In this document: in pieces, positions 52,824-61,752 of the stretch
Layout of the letters: every line of letters begins with the position of its first letter
Position numbering within the stretch: the first letter of the stretch is position 1
Assembly (NCBI GenBank): GCA_965215565.1
Contig: CBDCDZ010000004.1
Coordinates: 2,176,001 to 2,240,000 of the forward strand
Direction: 5' to 3'
Source of the DNA: Trueperaceae bacterium
GTDB taxonomy: Bacteria > Deinococcota > Deinococci > Deinococcales > Trueperaceae
DNA length: 64,000 nt
Notes under the pieces: model-generated
The model's input: only the letters and a program-made list of their open reading frames with translations
Told to the model about the DNA's origin: nothing
The model's database searches: none
Program-made: the position numbers and the translations under genes

Positions 52824-53528
52824 TTATCTGTCGTCAAACACCTCAGCGTCGGGCGGGATGAAGCGCAGCTCCTCGGGGTCTAAACCGCCGTCGATGGTGT
52901 AGTTCTCAAACGTGAGGTTGGCTAAGACGCTGCCGTCCGGCTGGACGAACTCGAGGCTGTACGGCAACCACTCCCCGTCGACAACCACGGCGTTCACATG
53001 GTCTACCGGACCTTCATTGACACCGTCGAAGCGGAGCCTGTAGGCGTTCCCGGCAGGGCTCTCGCCGTAACTTTCGACAGTCGCCTCCCACCCGTTAAAA
53101 AGCCTATTGATGTTGGGCGTCGCGTTGAAGCTGCCTTCTACTTCTTCTTCGACTTCCGGGAAGAGCGAGCCGAGCGCGTCGGGGTCACTGGTGCTTAAAA
53201 TCGTGACCTGGTTGGTGACGTAGAGGTAGTTGTAGACCGAGTCACCGTCCACCACGACGAAGTTGTCGGCTAGGGCGTCGGGCTGATAGAACTCGGCGCG
53301 GGTGAGTTGCTCGTCGGCGATAAACTGCACGTCTACCTCTAAATTGATCTCCGTACCGTCGGCGTCGTAGAGGCTGCCCCTGACGAGCGCGGCGGCGTCT
53401 TGGGTGGCTTCGGCTTTCTGCTCGAGCCGCTCCAAAATTTCATCCGCGTTCAAGTCTTGCGCTGCAACCGTGGCGAATGCGAAAAGGGTGAAGAGGGTCA
53501 GGATGGTTTTAGAGTTTAGGTTTTTCAT
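52824..53528 (-). CDS. LolA-like outer-membrane lipoprotein carrier
   Basis: Signal peptide; R.EF..PD.LADN.VV.DG...YNY...TNQV; C-terminal P.DAEV. Confidence 0.8.
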   Translation of the reverse strand: MKNLNSKTILTLFTLFAFATVAAQDLNADEILERLEQKAEATQDAAALVRGSLYDADGTEINLEVDVQFIADEQLTRAEFYQPDALADNFVVVDGDSVYNYLYVTNQVTILSTSDPDALGSLFPEVEEEVEGSFNATPNINRLFNGWEATVESYGESPAGNAYRLRFDGVNEGPVDHVNAVVVDGEWLPYSLEFVQPDGSVLANLTFENYTIDGGLDPEELRFIPPDAEVFDDR

Positions 53529-53814
53529 ATTCCTCCGTAAGTGGGGTCTTCAAAGCGTAACGCCCAGTTTACCCCGCGTTTTGTTCTTTAGCTGAGCGGC
53601 GTCTAACAGAATCGTGACGGCGCTACAGAAGAATTATGGCGGGCGCGGTTGAAGGTGCCGTGAGAAGAGCGCGGCGTGAGGTTGGGATTTCGTTCATCTT
53701 GATCCGTAAGGCGAGAAAAATCACACGCTGCGAGTGTCTGTGAAGGGGTCTTTAGAACCTCCACATCCTTATGAGAGTGGCTGTGCTACGCTCCAAAATA
53801 GAAAGGAGCAGGTC

Positions 53815-55065
53815 ATGAAATCCTTTATAAAATTGCTGCTTAGCATTCCCTTACTCTCACTTTTAGCCCTCGGCTTCGCGCAAGAAGACGGCGCGGTCAT
53901 CTCGCCGCAGTCCATCATCGTCAACCCCACACCCTCTTTTGAGGTGGAGACCTTTGTCGATAAAGATGACTCGGGGCGGAGCGTGCCGAGCTATGACATC
54001 GGCGAAAGTATCCGCATCGGCGTGCGCACGAGCGAGGACGCCTATATCTACCTCTTCAGCGTCAAGAGCGACGGGGAGATTCAGCAGATTCTCCCCAATG
54101 AGGTGGACAGCTACGGGCGCGACAACTTCGTGCGGGCGGAGCAAACCAAGTACTTTCCGCCCCAGGATGCCCGCTACAGCTTCGAGGTAGGCGGACCGCG
54201 CGGTTTGGACAAGGTGCTCGCGGTGGCGAGCTTGGAGCCCTTGAATACATCGGACCTCATAGAGTTCGAGTCGGAGGGGAATTTCAGAACCTCGAGCGCG
54301 GGCGAAGGTGAATTCGCCGAGTCGCTCTCGGTTGTCGTGCGCCCCCTGCCGCAGGACGATTGGGTGACGGACACAGCACTTTTCTATGTCGGCGGACGCC
54401 CCACGACTCAGCGCTACGGCACGCTCAACATCACCTCGTCGCCCGAAGGCGCACGCGCTTACGTGGACGGACGCTTCGTCGGGTACACGCCGGTGCGCTA
54501 CGGCACTACCTCGGGTACACGCGAGGTGCGCGTCGAGAGCGACGATTACGACAGCTTTGAGACGACGGTGAACTTGCGCGGTGGTGAGACCAGGGAAGTC
54601 GATGCCGGGCTCAGGCGCGTACGCCGCACGGGTACGGTGAGCTTCACTTCACAGCCCGAAGGCGCGGACGTCTACGTGGACGGTCAGTTCGTCGGTACGA
54701 CGCCCACGGGCTCGGTCACGCTGAACGCAGGCGAGTACACGGCGAGCTTTCGTCAGTCGGATTATGAAAATACAACGGTGAATTTCACCGTGGGTAGAGG
54801 CGACAGTCGGCAGATCAGTGCGGAGCTTCGCTCGAGCACCGGCACCCTGCGCGTCCAAGCGAACGTCGGCGGCGCGAGGGTGTTCATCAACGGACAGGAT
54901 TACGGCTCGGTCCCTAACGGTAGCGGGCGACTCACGATTTCTGACTTGCCAGTAGGGACGCACCAACTCACCGTGACCGCGCCGGGCTTCACGACGCATA
55001 TCCGCGAGTTCGACATTCAGCCAGGGCGCACAACGAACGTGCGGGTGTCGCAAACGCGCAGATAA
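53815..55065 (+). CDS. Secreted DUF4384 + PEGA repeat (S-layer-like) protein
   Basis: Signal peptide, ISPQSIIVNP, three S.P.GA.VYVDG...G.TP-type repeats; AAGGAG RBS. Confidence 0.9.
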   Translation: MKSFIKLLLSIPLLSLLALGFAQEDGAVISPQSIIVNPTPSFEVETFVDKDDSGRSVPSYDIGESIRIGVRTSEDAYIYLFSVKSDGEIQQILPNEVDSYGRDNFVRAEQTKYFPPQDARYSFEVGGPRGLDKVLAVASLEPLNTSDLIEFESEGNFRTSSAGEGEFAESLSVVVRPLPQDDWVTDTALFYVGGRPTTQRYGTLNITSSPEGARAYVDGRFVGYTPVRYGTTSGTREVRVESDDYDSFETTVNLRGGETREVDAGLRRVRRTGTVSFTSQPEGADVYVDGQFVGTTPTGSVTLNAGEYTASFRQSDYENTTVNFTVGRGDSRQISAELRSSTGTLRVQANVGGARVFINGQDYGSVPNGSGRLTISDLPVGTHQLTVTAPGFTTHIREFDIQPGRTTNVRVSQTRR

Positions 55066-55096
55066 ATTCATTCCTTAATTTCCAGGTAACGCTGGC

Positions 55097-55124
55097 GTAG
55101 GGGCGATTCATGAATCGCCCCTAC
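55097..55124. repeat. REP-like perfect 28-bp palindrome with GTAG termini
   Basis: gtaggggcgattcatgaatcgcccctac between convergent genes. Confidence 0.85.
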
Positions 55125-55130
55125 TTTTCG

Positions 55131-56387
55131 TTATGTGAGCGCCTTAGCTAGCAGCCCTCCATGCCCGAACGCCGTGCGCGTCAGCGGAAAGCGCACCGCG
55201 CCCGGCGCGCGCGCAAAAAGCCGCGCCATCGTCTCGGCTTGCTCCTTTACGTTGAGCGTCCCCGAGAGGTAGCCCTGCCAGAGCGGGGCGGGGAGTTCGA
55301 AAAAGGCTGCTAAGAAACTTCTAAGCTGCGCTCCGTCCAGCTTGAGCTGCGCCTCTAAGCCGAAGAGGTAGAGCGAGCGTTGACGCACTTTAGGAGCGGA
55401 CCACAAGGTGTTCCAGGCGAGGTTGGAGACGCCCACTACGTCCCCCCTTCCCAACGCTTGCGCGACGGTTTTCGCAAGCTTCGGCGCTGTGTTCAAAACC
55501 GACGCCATCATGTACCCCGACGCCGGGTGCACCATGCTCGCCGCGCCGCCGAAACCCACCACGCGCTGAGAAAGGTCGGGCAGGGGTAAACCCATCGGAA
55601 AGAGGCAGCGCTCGACTTCGGTAGTCTCTTTAACGGTGACGCCGCGATGCGCCAAGCGGCGGTAGAGGCGTTCTCGTAGCACGTCTAAAGACATACCAGG
55701 ACGGCGCACTAGCGAGGTCTCCTCCACGAAGTAAAGCCCGCCGCCCAAGTCCATCGCGTAGAGGAAGGTGGGCTCTTTGCGCTCCGCGTGACTTAGGTGC
55801 GCGTCGCGGAAGTCCATCAGCACCATCTGACCTACGGGAGTGGGTGGGCTCGAGAAGTACCCCGTGACCCCGTACGCCGCTTGGAAGGCGATGGGTTGGG
55901 CTTTCGGACGCTTGATGAGAGCGGGGAAGTGTCCGCTCGTGTCTACGACGAGCCGAGCGCGGTGGTAGGAGCCGTCCTCACATCGAACCTCGGAATAGGT
56001 TGAGGCGTGCGTTACATCAGCAGCGTGACCTCTAAGAAGCCGCATGGTGCCGCGTTCACAGCGCTCCAGCGTCAGCGCTTGAAGCTTAGCGTTGTCGAGG
56101 CGTCCGTAGATGCGCCCTAGTCCAACCTCTTGCTCGCCCTCAGGTCCGACGTAGACGAGAGGCGCAGACCAGCGTTGGGTGAAGAGGTCCGAGGGGAGGT
56201 CCAACGGGGCAACCTCATCGGTCCAAACGCCGTACGAGTTAGGCCAAGGGATGATACCTTCGGGCGCTAAACAGGCGACGCTCAAGCCTAAGTCGCAAAG
56301 CTCCGCCGCGAGCAGCAAGCCCGACGGACCTGCGCCTACAATGAGTACATCGTGTATTGGTAGTGGTTCTGAGTCGAATCCTGCCAT
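55131..56387 (-). CDS. crtY: Lycopene cyclase (CrtY/CrtL family)
   Basis: D..IVGAGPSG, N.YGVW.DE, FQAAYG, FLYAM, EETSL, VHPASGY. Confidence 0.9.
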   Translation of the reverse strand: MAGFDSEPLPIHDVLIVGAGPSGLLLAAELCDLGLSVACLAPEGIIPWPNSYGVWTDEVAPLDLPSDLFTQRWSAPLVYVGPEGEQEVGLGRIYGRLDNAKLQALTLERCERGTMRLLRGHAADVTHASTYSEVRCEDGSYHRARLVVDTSGHFPALIKRPKAQPIAFQAAYGVTGYFSSPPTPVGQMVLMDFRDAHLSHAERKEPTFLYAMDLGGGLYFVEETSLVRRPGMSLDVLRERLYRRLAHRGVTVKETTEVERCLFPMGLPLPDLSQRVVGFGGAASMVHPASGYMMASVLNTAPKLAKTVAQALGRGDVVGVSNLAWNTLWSAPKVRQRSLYLFGLEAQLKLDGAQLRSFLAAFFELPAPLWQGYLSGTLNVKEQAETMARLFARAPGAVRFPLTRTAFGHGGLLAKALT

Positions 56388-56487
56388 ATGCTCCTTCTAC
56401 TATCTCTACACAGTAAATAAAAGGGGTGAACAAGGGGTTGAAACTCCTCGCTTCAACATCAGTGTCATCTCGGATAAAGCTACTATC
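56359..56487 (-). mobile_element. MITE-like repeat family D, copy 3, overlapping the crtY start
   Basis: Reverse complement matches 3985-4101 and 21806-21922. Confidence 0.8.
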
Positions 56488-56508
56488 CTCGTATCTTCTG
56501 GTCAGCGT

Positions 56509-57681
56509 TCAATAGCGCTCATCCACCACTAAGTCGCCCTCTACCTCGTCCTCCACGTGAATCTCGTTCATGCCGACGCCCAACGCGCTGCGGATGCGCT
56601 CCGCGAGTTCGAACGTGTTGGTGTTCGGGTCGCCCTCTATGTGCAGCGAGGCGATGTCCGTCCCCTCGGGACCGCGCTTCACGCGCAGTTGGTACTTGCG
56701 GAAGTTGAGCCCTTCGGTGGCGGCGAGCAAGAACAGCAACTCGCGCGGGTAGACCTTGACTCCTTTGAGCTTGACCATCGTGTCGGTGCGCCCGAAAACG
56801 CCTCTAGGCAACCTGTTGTCCGCGCCCTTGAGCGTGAGGTCACCCGTCATAAAGCGCAGCATGGGCATACCCTCGCGGGTCAAGCTCGTTACCACGACTT
56901 CGCCCTTTTCGCCCTCTGAGACGGGCATCAAGGTCTGCGGGTCCAACACCTCGACGATCGCCGCCTCGGGGACTAAGTGCATTCCGTCTCGAGCCGACGT
57001 TTCCGCCGCGATGACGCCCGTCTCACTGAGCCCGTAGGCGTCATACGCCGTGCAGCCCAAGCTCGCCTCCACCTCTTCGCGCAGACCCGGCACGGCGCTG
57101 AAGGGCTCACCCGCTGCCAAGAGCGTCTCGAAACGCCCGCCCACCGCGCCAATTTTACGCGCGAAACTCGGGTTCGAGACGAGCACGCCGAAGCCATACG
57201 TCCGCGCGATGTCCACGACGTTGTCGGCGTCGCTAGGTCCAAGCGCGAGGACGGTCGCGCCCAAAGAAGTCAGCCCCTCGTGGAAGAGCCAGCCGCCCGC
57301 GAGCATATGATAGCTGAAGACGACCAAGCAGCGGTCTTTGGGCGTGAGACCGCACCGCTCGAGTTGCTTTTGCACAGCGTCGGCTTGCCACCTGATGTCC
57401 TGCGCGGTGAGGTACTCGGGCATCTTGCCGCGCAACGCCGGAATGGGCGCGGGCGTGAGGTGCATCTGGACGATGTCATCTGCTAAGAAGCCACCATGCG
57501 GGTCGTCGTGTGGCGCGTGCGCCTCGAAGTGCTCCGTGAGGTTGTCTCTCGTGACGAAGGGCAGCGCGCTCACGTCGTCGGCGCTCAGCGCGTCCGGGTC
57601 CACGTCGCGCAGCCGCTCCGCGTAGAAGGGGAGCGTTTTGGCTCGAGAGACGATGTGGCGAAGCCGGGCGGTTCTGTCCAT
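56509..57681 (-). CDS. Phenylacetate-CoA ligase-like adenylate-forming enzyme
   Basis: YGLSE.G, GE.GEVVVTSL.RE.MP.LRF.TGD, GRTD.MVK.KGV.VYP. Confidence 0.85.
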   Translation of the reverse strand: MDRTARLRHIVSRAKTLPFYAERLRDVDPDALSADDVSALPFVTRDNLTEHFEAHAPHDDPHGGFLADDIVQMHLTPAPIPALRGKMPEYLTAQDIRWQADAVQKQLERCGLTPKDRCLVVFSYHMLAGGWLFHEGLTSLGATVLALGPSDADNVVDIARTYGFGVLVSNPSFARKIGAVGGRFETLLAAGEPFSAVPGLREEVEASLGCTAYDAYGLSETGVIAAETSARDGMHLVPEAAIVEVLDPQTLMPVSEGEKGEVVVTSLTREGMPMLRFMTGDLTLKGADNRLPRGVFGRTDTMVKLKGVKVYPRELLFLLAATEGLNFRKYQLRVKRGPEGTDIASLHIEGDPNTNTFELAERIRSALGVGMNEIHVEDEVEGDLVVDERY

Positions 57682-57836
57682 GAAACTCCTTGTTATTGTT
57701 TAGCGGTGTACCACGTTTTGTGTATAGAGCTACGCGCAGTCCTTGAGAGGGATTACTTGCGCGTTCACTGGCGCACAAAACGGGATACCTTGTTTTCCTT
57801 CCTGCAAGTCATGTCGGTTTTACTATACCTCTCCTG

Positions 57837-58616
57837 CTAAGCCACAACTCGAGTCCCCGCCTCGCCCGCTAGCGCGCGCCCTAACGTCCCCGGCACCCGT
57901 CCATCCGCAATCACCGCGAAGCTCGCACCTTGCTCCAGCGCCTCTAGCGCCGCCTCGACTTTGGGAATCATGCCGCCCGTGATGCGCCCATCCACGATGC
58001 GCGCTCGGACCTCTCGCCTGGAGAGTTCGCTGAGGAGGCTCTCAGGGTTTTCGGGCTGGTCCAGAACGCCGGGAATGTTGCTCAGGAAAACCACCGGAGC
58101 CCCGAACGCGCCCGCCACCGCGCCCGCCACGCTGTCAGCGTTGACGTTGAGACTATCCGGGAGTACATTCGCATCTTTTGTCCGAGCGATACAAGCAACC
58201 ACGGGCGTGAGCGGCAAATCGAGGAGTTGACGCAATACCTCTTGATTCACTCTGACCACCTTGCCGACGTGACCCAGTGCGGCGTCCAGAGGTTCGGCGA
58301 TCAGGAGTTCGGCGTCTCTTCCCGTCAGCCCTACCGCGCCGCCTATCTCCTGCGCCAAGACCTTGCCGAGTTGAGTCAAGACGCTCTCGATAACGGGGAG
58401 GCTCAGGTCATCCGTCACCCTCAGCCCGCGCACGAACGCACTGGCGATCTTCGCCTCAGCGAGCGCCTCACCGATAAAAGGACCGCCGCCGTGTACGACG
58501 ATAGGCGCGCGGGTCTCTCGCAACTTCGCAATGTCCGCCGCAACGCGCCTACGCAGAAGAGGTTCGGTCATGGCGTTGCCGCCGTATTTGATAACGATGG
58601 GAGAGAGGGTAGGCAT
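57837..58616 (-). CDS. argB: Acetylglutamate kinase
   Basis: VIKYGGNAM, VHGGGP, GLRVT, NVNAD..A, GGMIPK. Confidence 0.93.
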   Translation of the reverse strand: MPTLSPIVIKYGGNAMTEPLLRRRVAADIAKLRETRAPIVVHGGGPFIGEALAEAKIASAFVRGLRVTDDLSLPVIESVLTQLGKVLAQEIGGAVGLTGRDAELLIAEPLDAALGHVGKVVRVNQEVLRQLLDLPLTPVVACIARTKDANVLPDSLNVNADSVAGAVAGAFGAPVVFLSNIPGVLDQPENPESLLSELSRREVRARIVDGRITGGMIPKVEAALEALEQGASFAVIADGRVPGTLGRALAGEAGTRVVA

Positions 58617-58790
58617 GAAGTCATTTTATCTGTGTTGGGAGAGGAAGCCATATTCACGAAGGAAGTAGATAGTAATCAGGTATCAGTGGTCAGCGCAAAA
58701 GCTCCCTGATTAATGAACTACTGACCCCTATTTTTTCCCTTTTCGCCGCGCCGCACTCTGCTATGCTAGCGAGGATTTTGGGAGGCATTT

Positions 58791-60236
58791 GTGGAAGACA
58801 CGCATGAAGACACGTACACAGACAAACTCACCTTCGGCACGGACGGCTGGCGCGACATTATCGGCGATATTTTTACCTTTAAGAACGTCTCGAGAGTCGC
58901 CCAAGCGTACGCCGAACACCTCTTGGAGAAGGGCACCCCGAGCGTCGTCATCGGCTACGACACGCGCTTTAACGGTGCACGTTTTGCCAACCTCGTCGCG
59001 GAGACGATGGCGGCGAACGGCGTCGCGGTTAAGATTGCCGCTGCGCCCTTGCCGACGCCCGCGCTCTCGCTCGCGGCGGTGCACTTCGGCGCGGGTGGCG
59101 GCGTGATGCTGACCGCCTCGCACAACCCGCCCGCTTACAACGGCTTCAAGATCAAGGGACCTTATGGTGGCACGGCGACGCCCGACATCTACGAGGACGT
59201 CGCCTCGAGAACGAGCCGCATCACCAGGGGTGACGTAAAGGCGTTCGACGCGAAAACGCACAGCTTTGAAACGTTCGATATCAGGGACGCTTATTTCGAC
59301 AAGCTCGCCGAACTCGTGGACGTTGACGTTCTTAAAAACGCCTCGGGCAGCCTCGTTCATGACGCGATGGGCGGCGCGGCGGCGGGCTGGCTAAAGGGAT
59401 TTTTAGAGCGCGCAGGCTCACCGCTCGAGGTGGAAGAGGTCCGCAGCGAGCCCACGCCGATGTTCTACGGTGTCAACCCCGAACCGATGCCGCAGAACTT
59501 AGAGACCACGGTGGCGCACATGCAACGCTCGGACGCCCACTTCGCCGCCGTGACCGATGGCGACGGGGACCGTTTAGGGCTCGTCTTGCCGGGCGGCGAC
59601 TATTTCAACGCGCACCAAATCTTCGCTGTGCTTCTCAGTCTCATGAACGAAAAGGGCTACTCGGGGCGCGTCATCAAGACCTTTAACGTTTCGCGCCTCG
59701 TCGAGCGGCTCGCGGCTAAGCGGGACATCCCGGTTTCAGAAACGCCCATCGGCTTCAAGTACATCGTCGCGGCGATGTTGGAAGGGGACGTGCTCATCGG
59801 CGGCGAGGAGTCGGGCGGCATCGGCGTGACGGGCTACTTGCCCGAGCGCGACGGGGTGGCGAACAGCCTCTTGATGTTGGAGGCCGTTCTCAAGTCGGGC
59901 AAGAGCGTCGCAGACCTCTTCGCCGCGTTGGAGGACGAGACCGACTGGCAGCACGCCTATGACCGCCTGGACGTTCATCTGAGCGGCGGTGAGTTGAAAG
60001 ACGCGGTGATGCGTTCGCTGGACAACCCGCCGGGTGAATTCGCGGAGCGAGAGGTTGAATCTGTCGAAACCTTGGACGGCGTCAAGCTCAACCTGAGCGG
60101 TAACGCCTGGATTCTCTTTCGCCCGAGCGGGACCGAGCCCGTGTTGCGCGTCTACTGCGAAGCGCCGAGCGCGGAAGAGGTCGAGATGATTTTAGACGCG
60201 GCCCAGGGGTGGGTGTCGGCGCAGGAGTCTAGCTGA
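58791..60236 (+). CDS. Phosphoglucomutase/phosphomannomutase
   Basis: FGTDGWR, TASHNP, DGDGDR, GEESGG, RPSGTEP. Confidence 0.95.
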   Translation: MEDTHEDTYTDKLTFGTDGWRDIIGDIFTFKNVSRVAQAYAEHLLEKGTPSVVIGYDTRFNGARFANLVAETMAANGVAVKIAAAPLPTPALSLAAVHFGAGGGVMLTASHNPPAYNGFKIKGPYGGTATPDIYEDVASRTSRITRGDVKAFDAKTHSFETFDIRDAYFDKLAELVDVDVLKNASGSLVHDAMGGAAAGWLKGFLERAGSPLEVEEVRSEPTPMFYGVNPEPMPQNLETTVAHMQRSDAHFAAVTDGDGDRLGLVLPGGDYFNAHQIFAVLLSLMNEKGYSGRVIKTFNVSRLVERLAAKRDIPVSETPIGFKYIVAAMLEGDVLIGGEESGGIGVTGYLPERDGVANSLLMLEAVLKSGKSVADLFAALEDETDWQHAYDRLDVHLSGGELKDAVMRSLDNPPGEFAEREVESVETLDGVKLNLSGNAWILFRPSGTEPVLRVYCEAPSAEEVEMILDAAQGWVSAQESS

Positions 60237-60421
60237 GCCGGGTCGGTCACGCTCCTACGCGCTCAGGTGGCGTCGCTCTTCATCAACCCTTCACACCTCT
60301 TCTTCAACCCTTTATCCTCTCTTCCTCGACCCTTCACGCACGCCGAGCACACTGCCGACATAGGTAGCGAGCACTGCTGAACGCACGCACTAGAGCAGCG
60401 CTGCCGAGAGAGGAAGGTGCC

Positions 60422-60805
60422 ATGAAACGTCCATTCGTACTTCTCACAGGGTTGATGCTCATAGCTGGTCTGGTAGGGGCGCAAGAGGCGAGCACGGAGG
60501 CGGAGAGCGAGGCAAGCAGCACCTACAACGTCGCCTTTTACGATGGTGACCCGGCAGGTAACGGCGAGAAAATCATGACCGAAGAGGTGTCGGCACATTC
60601 GGTAGCGGCGCGCAACGAGGATTTGGAGGATGCCGAATACGTCACTATCAGTCATGGCGCTCAGAGCTACACCTTCGAGGTTGCTAGTGCAGGCGCGAGC
60701 CGCAACTCGGTCTTTTTGGACCTCTCGGGCGATGACCTCTCGGTGAACGAACTGCTCGCTAAGCAAAGCAGTAATCTGAATGCGCTGGAGCGTTACAGTA
60801 ATTGA
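60422..60805 (+). CDS. Secreted acidic hypothetical protein
   Basis: Signal peptide MKRPFVLL...VGA-Q; AGGAAGG RBS. Confidence 0.75.
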   Translation: MKRPFVLLTGLMLIAGLVGAQEASTEAESEASSTYNVAFYDGDPAGNGEKIMTEEVSAHSVAARNEDLEDAEYVTISHGAQSYTFEVASAGASRNSVFLDLSGDDLSVNELLAKQSSNLNALERYSN

Positions 60806-60931
60806 AGGAGGAGTTCTCGACTTATTGCCCTTAGCTCGCCCGGGGAAGCGCTGGCTGAGTAGGTAGGGAAATTTGTAGGTTTCTCGAGCGTGCTCAACCG
60901 ACACTGAACACAACGCACTAAAATACTGTTG

Positions 60932-60959
60932 AAAGACCTCTTCATGGAGGTCTTTTTTT
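60932..60959 (+). terminator. Intrinsic terminator
   Basis: aaagacctc-ttcatg-gaggtcttttttt. Confidence 0.75.
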
Positions 60960-61138
60960 AGGACTCAAATCCGGTTGTGAGGACCTTCACAAACCTCACC
61001 GCTGCATACGTTCTCGCGGGCTAAGGCGCGGTATTCTTTGGTACGCAGCAAAGATTGAGTCGCTGCGTCCTGCTCAAACAGCTACGCCAAAATAGAGATA
61101 AAAAGCGTGGAATTGCGCACTCGGTTCCGTGCACAGAT

Positions 61139-61156
61139 TGTTAAACTTCTTTAACA
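61139..61156. promoter_or_regulatory. Candidate MarR operator
   Basis: TGTTAAA-CTTC-TTTAACA palindrome upstream of marR. Confidence 0.45.
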
Positions 61157-61230
61157 GTTAAGGCTTTGCAGAATCTTAACAAAAGGTAAACATGTTCTTT
61201 GCAGCATCCCTCGATACTTAACGCTATGAA

Positions 61231-61752
61231 ATGGACCCTTATGAAACGGACCCTGGTGACATGGACATGCCGATGACGGCGATGAACGACTATTTAAGCA
61301 AACCTATAGAGAATGTGGAGCGCGCGGACGAAGGGCTCGAAGAGCTATTCGAGCGCGTCCAGCAGAACTCGTTCGCGCTGATGTGGACCTTTAAGCGTCA
61401 CATGGACGAGACGTTTCGCGCGCTCGAGCTTAAACCCTTCGAGGTCTTAGCGCTCGAGCTGCTCACGAAGGACGCGCGCTATCCTAAAGACTTGGCGGAG
61501 GCTTTGGACGCCGCGCCACCTGTCATCTCAGCGCTCCTGCGAGGTCTGGAGGCGCGGGGGCTGCTCGAGCGTCACCTTGACCCAGCGGACCACCGCCGCG
61601 TCTTCTTAGTCTTGACGGATGCGGGGCGAGACGTGCACGCGCAAGCGAAGCGCACCTGGCGCGCTTCGCAGCGTGAGCGCTTAGCGCGGCTCAGCCTCGA
61701 GCAGTTGCGCGCACTGGCGCAGATTCAGCGCGCGCTGTTGGAGGAGCGGTGA
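61231..61752 (+). CDS. MarR-family transcriptional regulator (start uncertain)
   Basis: P.DLAE.L....P.IS..L..LE.RGL.ER..DP.D.RRV.L.LT.AG. Confidence 0.92.
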   Translation: MDPYETDPGDMDMPMTAMNDYLSKPIENVERADEGLEELFERVQQNSFALMWTFKRHMDETFRALELKPFEVLALELLTKDARYPKDLAEALDAAPPVISALLRGLEARGLLERHLDPADHRRVFLVLTDAGRDVHAQAKRTWRASQRERLARLSLEQLRALAQIQRALLEER

